Part shown: positions 17,655 to 27,646 of the stretch, one piece after another
Position numbering within the stretch: the first letter of the stretch is position 1
Layout of the letters: every line of letters begins with the position of its first letter
Assembly (NCBI GenBank): GCA_964466675.1
Contig: CAYXSE010000001.1
Span: 1,580 to 41,413 of the forward strand
Direction: 5' to 3'
Source: an uncultured Rhodothermales bacterium
GTDB taxonomy: Bacteria > Bacteroidota > Rhodothermia > Rhodothermales > UBA10348
Length of the DNA: 39,834 nt
Notes under the pieces: generated by a model
Seen by the model: the letters and a program-made list of their open reading frames with translations, nothing else
Database searches by the model: none
What the model was told of the DNA's origin: nothing
Translations under genes and position numbers: made by a program

Positions 17655-18590
17655 TCAGGAATCTGCCTGGATTCGCCTCAGTGTGGCGACACTCGAGTGA
17701 ACATGCTCAGCCGATTTGTTCAGCAGCTGGCGCTCGGTGTCCGATAGTTCCACCTCGATGATTTCTTCGACTCCGTTCCGCCCCAGACGAATCGGCGCGC
17801 CGATGAAGAGGTCCTGAAGGCCGTACTGTCCCGTCAACCAGACGCAACATGGGAGCACACGTCCCGAATCCGTGATGATGGCCTCCACCATCTGAGCCGC
17901 GGCCGCGCCAGGAGCATACCAAGCAGACGTCCCCATGAGCTTCACGATTTCGCCACCGCCATACTTGGTTCGGTCAACAATCGCGTCCAGTTTCTCTCTG
18001 GAGAGCAACTGGGTCACCGGAATGCCCGAGACGGTCGTATAGGATGGAAGAGGCACCATCGTGTCCCCGTGGCCTCCCATCAGAAGCGCCTGAATGTCCC
18101 GTACCGAGACGCCAAGTTCCAGAGACAGAAACGCCCGATAACGCGCGGTGTCCAGGACTCCGGCCTGGCCGATAATTTTCTGACTCGGGAAACCGCTCGT
18201 CATGTAGGCCACGTAACTCATCACATCCAGGGGATTGGAGACTACGATGATAACCGCGTTCGGACTTCCTTCGACAAATTGCTCAGTGACCGAGTTCACG
18301 ATCGCCGCGTTCTTGCCCAACAGGTCATCCCGGCTCATCCCCGGACGTCGCGCGAGGCCAGCGGTAATCACACAAATATCCGAGTTGGCGGTGTCAGCGT
18401 AGTCGTTCGTCCCGATCACCCTGGTATCGAAAAGGTGGATAGGGGCTGATTCTTGTATATCCAGAGCCTTTCCCTGGGGAAGTCCATCGACGATGTCGAT
18501 GAGCACGACCTCCCGTGCGATGTCCATTCGTGCGACACAATCGGCTGCTGTGGCGCCAACATTCCCTGCGCCAATAACGGTGACTTTCAT
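17655..18590 (-). CDS. mdh: Malate dehydrogenase (LDH-like)
   Basis: MKVTVIGAGNVGAT, GKALD, TAGLARRPGMSRDDLL, VSNPLD, LDTARY, GGHGD. Start reassigned to ATG 18590. Confidence 0.96.
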   Translation of the reverse strand: MKVTVIGAGNVGATAADCVARMDIAREVVLIDIVDGLPQGKALDIQESAPIHLFDTRVIGTNDYADTANSDICVITAGLARRPGMSRDDLLGKNAAIVNSVTEQFVEGSPNAVIIVVSNPLDVMSYVAYMTSGFPSQKIIGQAGVLDTARYRAFLSLELGVSVRDIQALLMGGHGDTMVPLPSYTTVSGIPVTQLLSREKLDAIVDRTKYGGGEIVKLMGTSAWYAPGAAAAQMVEAIITDSGRVLPCCVWLTGQYGLQDLFIGAPIRLGRNGVEEIIEVELSDTERQLLNKSAEHVHSSVATLRRIQADS

Positions 18591-18840
18591 GTGGAGTTGA
18601 TTCGGTTCAAACTTGACCGGAAAGATGCAACGGGCCGCGCTGGGAGGTTGCCAATATTGCGTAAATAGAGCGCTCTCTGGTTCGATCTGGCACGGCAAAT
18701 TCGACCGCAGGATTCGGCAGGATCGGCCGATCGAAGTCGCGAGCGGACACCCAGGGGATGCGTCGGAGCGGTGTGGCGGCTGCGGCACATGGTTTGGTTG
18801 TCCCGGGTGCGAACATTCTGCTAACCCAGTCCGACCATCC

Positions 18841-20091
18841 ATGACCGTAAAATCTCGACTTCGCTTCTGGATCGCAGGCGTCACGATCGCCTTCGCGATC
18901 GTGGCCGTACAGGCATCTGCCGATTTGGCGGCGATCGTCGGACAGCGTCAGGCCGTGACCGCTGCCAATCGGGATCTGGAAGCCATGGTAAGACTCGACG
19001 CACGAGTCGTCGCGAGTGATGTGGTCAGGCTCCAACCGACGGATCCAGGATGGGCCTCATGGGCAGCGACAGCCGGGCCAGCCGCCGATGCGGTGGGAAG
19101 AGCGCGGTCTTGGCTGGATCGCATTGACCATGTTGCCCTGGGAGGGGGCGGCCCAGAACGCGCCACGGATCTCAGATGGTATGTTCGCAAGGCGGCCGCC
19201 GAACTCCGAGCCGCGGCTGCCATTACTTCGAATTCAATGGCTTCCTCCTGGGAGCACCTGGCGCGAGGGTTGCTCCTCGGATACATTCTCCTTTTCGCGG
19301 GAGCGACGGGAGCCTATCTGATGGGAGTGGTCCCCACGGCCGGGATTACCGTGATCACCGCACGTTCCCAGTCGAAGAGGAAAGCGGTTGGACAGTTGCC
19401 GGGGATGAGTCTGGACCATGTTCGACACGAACTCCGGACTCCGCTGACCATCATGCTGGGCTATGCGGCTGAGCTCGAAGCCCAACTAGACGGGGAACTC
19501 AAGGAATTTGCGACGACCATCCGAACGAGCGGAAACCGGCTGCACGACACCATCGAAGAAATTCTGACGTTCGCCGACCTCGCCGACGAGAGCACGACGC
19601 TGAGCGTCGTGCCGGTCGAGATCCATGCGATTGTGGAGAACGTGATTCGGCGGCTTCGGCCGAAGGCGTTTGAGAAACGTCTCAAGTTCGTCTATCAGGC
19701 CACGAAATCCGAAGCATGGGTGCGAGCCAACTCGGAGGCACTCGAAACCGCGGTCGTACACCTGGTGGAGAACGCCATCAAGTTCACCGAGGCGGGATCG
19801 GTAGTGGTCACCGTAGAGGCCGAGCAAGAGCAGGTCCGAGTGTCCGTAGAAGACACCGGCCTTGGATTTGAGGAAAACAATCTGCCCGAATTGTCTTCAC
19901 CATTCGCTCAGGCTTCGTCTGGCGACTCGCGACGTCACGAGGGCGTCGGACTGGGCTTGACCATCGCCCGCAGGGTTGTGGAGGCTAGTGGCGGTCGTCT
20001 GACCGCTTCAAGCGAGGTCGGCGTAGGGAGCCGATTCGCGATCACGCTTCCTCAGTACGTGTCGGCACCCGAATTGAAGAAGGCAGCCTGA
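18841..20091 (+). CDS. Membrane sensor histidine kinase (no adjacent response regulator)
   Basis: Two hydrophobic segments; H-box HELRTPLT, N-box LVENAIKFT, G1 VEDTGLG, G2 GVGLGLTI. Start reassigned to ATG 18841. Confidence 0.92.
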   Translation: MTVKSRLRFWIAGVTIAFAIVAVQASADLAAIVGQRQAVTAANRDLEAMVRLDARVVASDVVRLQPTDPGWASWAATAGPAADAVGRARSWLDRIDHVALGGGGPERATDLRWYVRKAAAELRAAAAITSNSMASSWEHLARGLLLGYILLFAGATGAYLMGVVPTAGITVITARSQSKRKAVGQLPGMSLDHVRHELRTPLTIMLGYAAELEAQLDGELKEFATTIRTSGNRLHDTIEEILTFADLADESTTLSVVPVEIHAIVENVIRRLRPKAFEKRLKFVYQATKSEAWVRANSEALETAVVHLVENAIKFTEAGSVVVTVEAEQEQVRVSVEDTGLGFEENNLPELSSPFAQASSGDSRRHEGVGLGLTIARRVVEASGGRLTASSEVGVGSRFAITLPQYVSAPELKKAA

Positions 20092-20166
20092 CGCCCGCTC
20101 AGGGGGCTGCGACATCCTGGTGACACCGCCTGTGGGTACCTTGATCACCCAGGGCCAAACAGTGGC

Positions 20167-21783
20167 ATGTCACTCTTGCAGCAAACCTTCGTGGTGGTCG
20201 ATACCGAGACCACCGGGACCGATCCCGTCGATGACCGAATCATTGAAATTGGTGCGGTACGGGTGGAAAACGGTGTGGTGTCGGAGCAATTTGAGCAGTT
20301 GGTGGACCCGGGCGTACCAGTTCCGAGGAGCATCACGAGGCTAACTGGCATCACCACTGAGATGGTCTCCGGGCAATTGGGCATCGCCGCTGCCCTGGAG
20401 CGGTTTCGCCAGTTCGCCGGGGACGCCCCATTGGTGGCCCACAATGCCGGGTTCGACCACCGATTCCTGGCCCTCGCCGCGCTCCGGGAGGGTGGTGTGC
20501 CGTTCGAGGAGCCGTTTCTGTGCACGTTGAGACTCGCTCGGCGACTCCTCCCGGGCCTGCCGTCGAAGGGGTTGGACGCACTGCAAAAATTCTACGGACT
20601 GTCCATCGCACGAAGGCATCGCGCTATGGATGACGCGAATCTTACCGGTCAAGTGCTCATCCGTTTGATGCCGCACGCCGAGAATGTCGGGGCCCGTGAC
20701 CTGGACGGATTGCGCCGCCTCCAGGCCGGCAACTACAAGGCCAGCGGCGCGGTCAGCCAGCGCCTGGAGTTCCTTCGGAGAGAGAGGATCAAGCATGCAC
20801 CGAGAGCCCCGGGAGTCTACCGTTTTCTGGACGGCAAGGGCAACTTGCTGTACGTCGGCAAGGCGCGTTCACTCGCGGATCGTCTAAGACAGTACGTCGT
20901 GGCCGTCGAGGCGCTGCCTTCTCGGACGCGGCGGCTCATGGCCAAGGTCCACGAGGTGGAGTGGGAGACCTTCGCTACAGAACTGCAGGCCATGCTGCAC
21001 GAGTCGCAGATCATTAAATCAGAACAACCACCTCATAATCGAGCACTCAGGACTTATCGGCGGCGGCCCTTCTTGCGACTGGAAGGCACGGACCTGACGA
21101 TCCGGACCGCGATTAGGAAGGATGGAGCGGCACATTACGGCCCGCTCGGGAACGCCCGGCTGGCCAAGGTTCTCGCCGAAGTGCTCGTGTGCTGTTTCGA
21201 CATGAACTACAGCAACCGACGGGTGGTCCGGTCGCCTCTCGACCGGGAGCGACTTCAGCATTCTCTTCGTGCGTCGGGTTGGGTTCGACAGGCTTCGCGA
21301 GATTGTGGAAGTGTTGCTTCTTTCTTGGGGGGACGAGTTGACGCCGTCTTAGAACGGCTTGAGGCGGGCATGGTGGCTGCCTCGGTCGAATTTGATTTCG
21401 AGGCCGCGGCAACAATCCGGGACTGGAAGGGCGTGCTTGAGAGCCGGCGTACTCGTCCCGGAGAGCTTGCGCCCAGGGTGTTCGACCGTGACGCGATCCT
21501 GATCGCACACCGGCCTGGGGGCGAGCCCGAACTGGCCGCACTAAGGGATGGGCTTCCGGTCGGTTTTTCTTCCTCTCTCGACCAACTGGAGGTCCTCATT
21601 CTAGATGCCCAGAGTGGGGAGTCGGCAGAGGTTCTTGGCCAGGAAAAAGCGGACGAAGCCCATGTCGTGGCGCATTGGTCGTTCCTACATCGGGATCATC
21701 TCGTCGCCGTCGAGCGAGAGATTGGCGAAGACACTTCGGCATTCGTCTCCAGGGTTCGGAAGACGCTTGAGGCCATTGCTTGA
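20167..21783 (+). CDS. DEDDh 3'-5' exonuclease (DnaQ-like) fused to a UvrC-like GIY-YIG domain and UVR motif
   Basis: VVVDTETTG, VAHNAGFD, HRAMDDA; PGVYRF...LLYVGKARSL; FDFEAAATIRD. Confidence 0.92.
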   Translation: MSLLQQTFVVVDTETTGTDPVDDRIIEIGAVRVENGVVSEQFEQLVDPGVPVPRSITRLTGITTEMVSGQLGIAAALERFRQFAGDAPLVAHNAGFDHRFLALAALREGGVPFEEPFLCTLRLARRLLPGLPSKGLDALQKFYGLSIARRHRAMDDANLTGQVLIRLMPHAENVGARDLDGLRRLQAGNYKASGAVSQRLEFLRRERIKHAPRAPGVYRFLDGKGNLLYVGKARSLADRLRQYVVAVEALPSRTRRLMAKVHEVEWETFATELQAMLHESQIIKSEQPPHNRALRTYRRRPFLRLEGTDLTIRTAIRKDGAAHYGPLGNARLAKVLAEVLVCCFDMNYSNRRVVRSPLDRERLQHSLRASGWVRQASRDCGSVASFLGGRVDAVLERLEAGMVAASVEFDFEAAATIRDWKGVLESRRTRPGELAPRVFDRDAILIAHRPGGEPELAALRDGLPVGFSSSLDQLEVLILDAQSGESAEVLGQEKADEAHVVAHWSFLHRDHLVAVEREIGEDTSAFVSRVRKTLEAIA

Positions 21784-21803
21784 GGCCATTGCTTAAGGCC
21801 ATG
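21765..21803. repeat. 13-bp tandem repeat x3 spanning the stop codon
   Basis: GCTTGAGGCCATT GCTTGAGGCCATT GCTTAAGGCCATG. Confidence 0.9.
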
Positions 21804-21825
21804 GCCCCGTCGATCTATTCCACGC

Positions 21826-24800
21826 CTATTTGACCAAAACCAACGCCTTGTTGTCCGAGAAGCCTTGTGCCCGCATGGAATAGATGTAGACGCCGCTCGG
21901 TAGCCCCACGCCATCGAAGGTGATGCGGTGGTAACCGGCCGGCAGCGTTCCGTCCACCAGGGTGCCAACGCGCCGACCGAGAGAGTCGAAGACTTGGACT
22001 ACGACCTTGCCTGCACGGGGCAGCCCAAACCTGATGTTGGTCACCGGGTTAAATGGGTTGGGGTAATTTTGGTGGAGTTCGAAGTCCTTTGGGAGCGCCT
22101 CATCTTCCAGCGCAGTCACGAAACCTCGTATCAGTACGAATGATGAGACGGGGCTGGGGGTCTCAAGCAACCCGTCGGAAGCTATGACGCGATGGTACAC
22201 GGTCGTTCCCGCCCCCTGGGTGGCTCCGGATCCGTCCAATACCTCAGCAACCTCGGAAACCAAAAACGACAGTTCAGTCTCGTCTGTGTCCGCTTCGAGG
22301 ATGGGTGGGTTGACTTCCGCATTGGTTCCCAGGACCCATTTGTACGAAACGGGATTGTTCTCGACATCAGTGGCTCCTGAGTACTGGATGGTAATTTTGT
22401 CCGAGCCGTCCCCCGGCATCTCGAAGCTGGGTCCGCCGACGATCACCTCGCTTCCATCAATCGGCAACGTAAATATGGACCCGAAGGTGGTGAACCGCGG
22501 AGCGTCGTTGATTGGATTTATCGTGACGGTGACGGATGCCGAGACGGTTCCACCATTTCCATCAGTCACGAGGTAGTTGAAGGTGTCGGATCCGAAAAAG
22601 TCCGGGTTCGGCGTGTAGGTGATGACTCCGCCTATCAGCGTCACCGTGCCATTCGTAGGCTGGGTCACTTGGGCCACGGTTAAGGGGTCACCGTTCTCGT
22701 CGGTGTCGTTCAGGAGCACGTCGATCACAATGCCGTTGTCTTCATCAACCGTCGCCAGATCCGACCTGGCCTCGGGAGCCTTGTTGGGCACCACGCCCGG
22801 TGCACCCGGGTCGGAAATGATCCCATTCTCGGTCAGGTCATCGTCCCCGCGTTCTCCGTCAATAAAGTGCAGGGTGACGGTATTTCCATCAAATACGGCT
22901 CCCGTCTCCCCATCGAAATCGAACCGGTACCAATGGGGTGTGGGAACGTCTGGCGTCGGGCCGTACTTGTAGTAGGCGTTGATACCCTCCGTCGGATCGA
23001 AAGTGAGCTCAAGCGTAACGGCCCTGTTGCCGGATCCACCCCCGATCCGAAAATCAAGGAAACCCGCCGGGAATGTGGCCTCACTGGGCGGAGGCATGTT
23101 CATGGGCGCCGGGCTGCTGGCCGATGAGGTGACTCCGATCAGTTCACTTCCCGTCTCCGCCGCCACGGTGATGTATTGACCGGAGGTGGCCGATGGCAGC
23201 GAGGCCACGTTCGCCTGCTCGGAGTCAGGGATACCGTCGCCATTGCCGTCTCCGTTGTTCGGGGCCGCCTGTTCGGTCGTCTGTTCCACTCCGTCATCGT
23301 CCGCCGGCTGGGCCCGGAGGTTCACGGTACAGGTAGCCATGCTGGTTCCCCCGTTTCCGTCTCCGATGACGTAGGTAAAGGTGTCCGTGCCCACCGCGCC
23401 AAGATTGGGAGTGTAGGCCACACGATCTCCGACGATCGACGTCGTGCCCAGCCTCCCGTCCTCGACGGAAAGAAGACGAACCAAATCCCCATCAGGGTCC
23501 GAGTCATTGGACAGCACATCGAAAGCCGCCTCTGCTCCCTCGAACGCGGAGCGCTGGTCATCGACGGCGACGGGAGGCTCATTCACGGGTAGAACCATAA
23601 CGCTTACTTCTGCCCGATCCCGTCGGCCGGTGATATCAGCCATCGTATAGTCGAAGGTGACCGTGCCCGAGAAGCCCGTGTCCGGAGTGAACCTGATGGA
23701 TCCGTTCCCGGGATCGGAGAGCGTCGCCCCGGAGGTGGGTTCTGTCACGTCTACGATGGAAAGCCCACCTCCAATGGGATCGATGTCGTTGGCCAAAACA
23801 TCAATCTCAATCGGCGTGTTTTCCTCGGTGGCGGCGAAATCATCCACTGCTGTGGGCGGATTCCCTCCCTGACCGCCGGCTGCCGGGTTCGGATCGATCG
23901 GGAGCGGCCCCTCTGCCTGGTAGAAATCGAGAGGCAGCGCGAACGAAGAAGGCCATCCCGCCGGACCGGGAACGATCCAACGGGTCCGCCTCAGGCCAGG
24001 ACCGCCCCTATCGGCACCTGCCTCCTCGCCCAAGGGGTTCGCGGGATCGGTGCCATACCCATAGCGGTATTGGATTCCCGAACTCGTAGGGGTGATGACC
24101 TGATATTCGAACTGGAAAATGCCGTCGCCGTCAGGGTCGGCCAACTCGAATCGTTGATTCTCATCGATGCCCTGGGAAAAGGCCCAGAACACGTCTTGAC
24201 CAAGATTGACAAAAACGGAGCTGGTGGCTGAATCGAACCCCGGTGCGCCATTCATGTCTACAGCAAAGGTAACGCCGATGTCCGTGGCGCCAGGGATCAA
24301 GTTGGCCGGCAGGATGTCGCCGAAGGCCACCACCGGCAGTTCCAGGTCCGATCCGAAAAACGTGAATACCCGGTCTCCGCCGCCCGTTGACGCTGGCTCC
24401 TCCCAACCCGGCGGCGCATTTCCTCCGAAACGAGCGGGGTCGAGCGCCACGAAAAACCTGAAGTGGACGGGGGACCCCGTCGGAGCCGTGAGGGGGAGCG
24501 TGACCGAAAGCGTGCTTCCTCCCGAACCGGTCATGACACAGGAAGTGTCTACGCAGTCCCACTGATTGAAGTCTCCGCGGACTTGTACAACGTCGTCGGG
24601 CTGCAGCAGTCCTGCGAGTTCCAGCGTGCCCATGTCGACGCGGAAGGTCACGTTGGCGGTGGATCCGGGTGGCCCGGGCGCAAGGGGTCCTGCAAGAGCG
24701 CTCGGCTGAGGGCCGGGCGCGGGGATGGTTCGGATCACCGCCCCCTGCGGTCCCAACTCCTGGATGGTCGCGGGATTGCCGGGTGTCACCGCAAACAGAC

Positions 24801-26187
24801 GGTTCGAGGCGAAATCAAGCTGAACGGGCCCGGAGCCTGCGAGCACATGGGACCCGATGGTATTGCCGGAGGGGAGTTCGAGTTCTACCAGCACAGCCGG
24901 GGACGCGCCGGCGACGGCGGAGACAAGGGTCCCACGTCGACCCGAGAAGCCCAATCCAGACAGCGTCGGTCCCGGGATCGACACCGTCCCGGTAATCACG
25001 CCGCTTTCGGCTGCAACCAGAAAGACCTCGTTGGAGGCTGGCCGTAGCGCAAACAAGGTCGGGTCCCCGTTCAGAACCCCAAAGGCGAGTGCGTCGACTC
25101 CAGGGCCTTCTCCTGGCGCAGATGAGGGCCACATCGGGACGACTTCACCCAGGATCGCGCCGGTGCAACTGTCAACCGAAAAAATGGCCGCGGACTTGGT
25201 CGCGTGGCCGCTACTCATGAACCTGAGCCGCCCACCATGGAACGCCAGTGCCTCTGGGCCGCCGGTTCCCGCTGACGGACCGGGCGGGGTGGTGGATACG
25301 GGGGTCAGGAAGCGCTGGAGTACTTGGCCGGTATCGGGATTCAGGACGCTGATGGTGGAGTGAGCGCTGTCGACCGTGAAGAGGGCGTCAGACTCGCAAG
25401 TCCAAGGAGTAGCTGGGTCGCCGGCCAGGGCACCGATATGGGATGGGAGCGGGAACGGCGACGGAAAGCTGTTGATCTGACGCCCATCCGCGGGGCTGAT
25501 CTCGACGACATTCTCGCCGATGTTGACGAACATCTTGTTCTGTACAAAGTCGACACCGAGAATTTCGCCAGGGGGAAGATTGAATACGCGTGTCGACGTA
25601 CCGGTGCTCGTGTCCACACGGTGGACGCGTTCGAAAGAGGTGTCCGAAACGTATAGGTGACCGTCGTACGGATTGTATCCCATTCCCCCGACGCCCTGGA
25701 ACTGGAGCTGTAGGGCCGAAATCACGGTCTTCGACGATGGGTCGATTTTCAAGATGATGCTGTCGAACGGGCGATTCGCGTATAGAAACACGCCGTCGCT
25801 GGCGAGCGCATCGATGGCCTGGTCCGTATCCGCCGTCGCGGACGAAGCCGGTAGTTCGAAGGAGTCGAGTACTGCGCCAGACGAGGGGTCCAGATAAAAG
25901 ACGGTGCGATTGGTCGCGCCCGTAAGCGAGGCGCCGGTCTCGGACGCCAACCCACTCGTGAAATAGAGGGTGGTGCCGTCGTACGCTAGCCCGTCCGCCC
26001 CACCCGTTTCGGGCACATGGGTAGGGACTGGCGTGGGGAACGAGTTGAGGATTGCCCCGCTGAACGGGTCCAACTGGTAGATGGTGCTCGACCCGCTCTC
26101 CACGGCAAAGAGCGGGGGCAACTGTGCGTACGCCTGCCCGGATAGGAGCAGGAGAAGCAAAACCAAGACGTTTCGAGTGAATTTCAA
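21826..26187 (-). CDS. Mosaic T9SS type A cargo protein (1453 aa): two beta-propeller regions, two CBM-like domains, three Big_9/cadherin-like repeats, choice-of-anchor U-like domain, CTD
   Basis: Signal peptide (TTG start); duplicated LF.V.S..STI..L.P..G..L..F.TPV; VTFRVDM and VTFAVDM domains; NPPTAVDD...IDVLAND-type repeats; YYKYGPTP...VTLHFIDGERGDDDL...DPGAP; CTD NYPNPFNP...LPSGVYIY. Confidence 0.87.
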   Translation of the reverse strand: MKFTRNVLVLLLLLLSGQAYAQLPPLFAVESGSSTIYQLDPFSGAILNSFPTPVPTHVPETGGADGLAYDGTTLYFTSGLASETGASLTGATNRTVFYLDPSSGAVLDSFELPASSATADTDQAIDALASDGVFLYANRPFDSIILKIDPSSKTVISALQLQFQGVGGMGYNPYDGHLYVSDTSFERVHRVDTSTGTSTRVFNLPPGEILGVDFVQNKMFVNIGENVVEISPADGRQINSFPSPFPLPSHIGALAGDPATPWTCESDALFTVDSAHSTISVLNPDTGQVLQRFLTPVSTTPPGPSAGTGGPEALAFHGGRLRFMSSGHATKSAAIFSVDSCTGAILGEVVPMWPSSAPGEGPGVDALAFGVLNGDPTLFALRPASNEVFLVAAESGVITGTVSIPGPTLSGLGFSGRRGTLVSAVAGASPAVLVELELPSGNTIGSHVLAGSGPVQLDFASNRLFAVTPGNPATIQELGPQGAVIRTIPAPGPQPSALAGPLAPGPPGSTANVTFRVDMGTLELAGLLQPDDVVQVRGDFNQWDCVDTSCVMTGSGGSTLSVTLPLTAPTGSPVHFRFFVALDPARFGGNAPPGWEEPASTGGGDRVFTFFGSDLELPVVAFGDILPANLIPGATDIGVTFAVDMNGAPGFDSATSSVFVNLGQDVFWAFSQGIDENQRFELADPDGDGIFQFEYQVITPTSSGIQYRYGYGTDPANPLGEEAGADRGGPGLRRTRWIVPGPAGWPSSFALPLDFYQAEGPLPIDPNPAAGGQGGNPPTAVDDFAATEENTPIEIDVLANDIDPIGGGLSIVDVTEPTSGATLSDPGNGSIRFTPDTGFSGTVTFDYTMADITGRRDRAEVSVMVLPVNEPPVAVDDQRSAFEGAEAAFDVLSNDSDPDGDLVRLLSVEDGRLGTTSIVGDRVAYTPNLGAVGTDTFTYVIGDGNGGTSMATCTVNLRAQPADDDGVEQTTEQAAPNNGDGNGDGIPDSEQANVASLPSATSGQYITVAAETGSELIGVTSSASSPAPMNMPPPSEATFPAGFLDFRIGGGSGNRAVTLELTFDPTEGINAYYKYGPTPDVPTPHWYRFDFDGETGAVFDGNTVTLHFIDGERGDDDLTENGIISDPGAPGVVPNKAPEARSDLATVDEDNGIVIDVLLNDTDENGDPLTVAQVTQPTNGTVTLIGGVITYTPNPDFFGSDTFNYLVTDGNGGTVSASVTVTINPINDAPRFTTFGSIFTLPIDGSEVIVGGPSFEMPGDGSDKITIQYSGATDVENNPVSYKWVLGTNAEVNPPILEADTDETELSFLVSEVAEVLDGSGATQGAGTTVYHRVIASDGLLETPSPVSSFVLIRGFVTALEDEALPKDFELHQNYPNPFNPVTNIRFGLPRAGKVVVQVFDSLGRRVGTLVDGTLPAGYHRITFDGVGLPSGVYIYSMRAQGFSDNKALVLVK

Positions 26188-26400
26188 GGGGACCGCAGTG
26201 CGATTTGATTAGGGGACAGCACGGCTCTGGCCGGGGAGCGCTACTCGTTTCCTTATCAACGCGCCGAAGTTCGGCGAAAGAGGCCAGCCATCGCAAACTA
26301 GTCGCGAGAAAATTCTTGCCACGCGGTTGCCTGCGGTGGCATTTCGAGGGCGAATGCCTAGTATTCGCCGAGCACCGCTCCGAAAAGCATGACAAAGGAA

Positions 26401-27618
26401 ATGAATCGCCAGCCAACCATCCTCTGCATCGCGTCCTACTTCAAGGGCGCTCGTCTCATGACTGCCGCGAAAGCAGCTGGGGTGAAAGTTATCCTCATCA
26501 CCTTGGAGAAGCTGGCCGATGAGCCGTGGCCCATGGAGGCGATTGATGAGCGGTTCCTGCTCCCAAACGTTCATAAGCAACCTGAGATCACCAATGCCGT
26601 GGCCTATCTCATGCGTACGCGGTCGATCGATCGGATTCTGGCGCTGGACGAATACGATACGGTGACGGCAGCCCAACTGCGGGAGTACCTCCGGATTCCT
26701 GGGTTGGGGGAGACGACGGGCAGACACTTCCGCGACAAATTGGCGATGAGGGTCAAGGCGCGAGACGCAGGTATAAACGTGCCCGGCTTTGTTCATGTAT
26801 TGAACCACGGCGAAATCGCGGCTTTTATGGCCGACACCCCCGGTCCCTGGCTGTTGAAGCCTCGTTCAGAAGCCTCGGCGATGGGCATTCAGAAGATTCA
26901 CTCGCCCGAAGAACTCTGGCCCCTCCTGGAAGACTTGGGAGACCGGCAGTCGAGCTACCTGCTGGAAGAATTTGTGCCAGGAGATGTTTATCACGTGGAC
27001 TCCGTGTTGTCGGGCTCAGAAGTCCAGTTTTCCTCGGCTCAAAAATATGGGGAACCGCCGTTGGATGTGTACCAGGGCGGCGGGGTCTTTGTAACCACGA
27101 CCGTGGAGCACGGTAGCGACGAAGAACGAGAGCTTCTCGAGCTCAACCGCAGGCTGTTGCGAGAATTTGGAATGGTTCGCGGTGCCACCCACGCCGAGTT
27201 CATTCGGAGCCACGAGGATGGATCGTTCCATTTTCTCGAGGTCGCAGCCCGCGTGGGCGGCGCTCACATAGACCTCCTGGTCGAAGCTGCGACCGGCGTG
27301 AATCTTTGGGAGGAATGGGCGCGAGTAGAGATCGCTGATATTCGAGGTGAGGCTTACGAGGTACCGGACCCCCGTCGTCACGCAGCCGGACTGATGGTCT
27401 GCCTCGCGACCGAGGCTTACCCGGATCTTTCCAACTACGACGACCAAGAGGTCGTGTGGCGGTTGGACAAGAAGCAACACGCCGGGTTAATTGTCGCCTC
27501 GGAATCCAGCACCCGAGTGGGAGACCTCATCGGGGTCTACACGAGGCGCTTCGCCTCGGAATTTCTGGCCGTGGCGCCTCCGCTGTCCAGCGAGGACGAG
27601 ATGCAGGAGCTCGACTAA
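26401..27618 (+). CDS. ATP-grasp domain protein
   Basis: FRDKLAMR, WLLKPRSEASAMGI, YLLEEFVPG, THAEFI, FLEVAARVGG. Start at 26401 (AAGGA just upstream) or 26389. Confidence 0.88.
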   Translation: MNRQPTILCIASYFKGARLMTAAKAAGVKVILITLEKLADEPWPMEAIDERFLLPNVHKQPEITNAVAYLMRTRSIDRILALDEYDTVTAAQLREYLRIPGLGETTGRHFRDKLAMRVKARDAGINVPGFVHVLNHGEIAAFMADTPGPWLLKPRSEASAMGIQKIHSPEELWPLLEDLGDRQSSYLLEEFVPGDVYHVDSVLSGSEVQFSSAQKYGEPPLDVYQGGGVFVTTTVEHGSDEERELLELNRRLLREFGMVRGATHAEFIRSHEDGSFHFLEVAARVGGAHIDLLVEAATGVNLWEEWARVEIADIRGEAYEVPDPRRHAAGLMVCLATEAYPDLSNYDDQEVVWRLDKKQHAGLIVASESSTRVGDLIGVYTRRFASEFLAVAPPLSSEDEMQELD

Positions 27619-27646
27619 GTCTCTCCTCGACCAGAGACGGCCGCAG

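Noticed and set aside
18591-18884. N-terminal extensions of mdh and of the histidine kinase (from 18613), which would overlap
   Set aside because: Family homology and the TM segment start at 18590 (-) and 18841 (+); the extensions are open-frame run-ons across a divergent promoter region.
20167-21783. Anti-phage defence or mobile nuclease
   Set aside because: The architecture fits a chromosomal repair-type DnaQ/UvrC-like protein, with no defence-island or mobility genes nearby.
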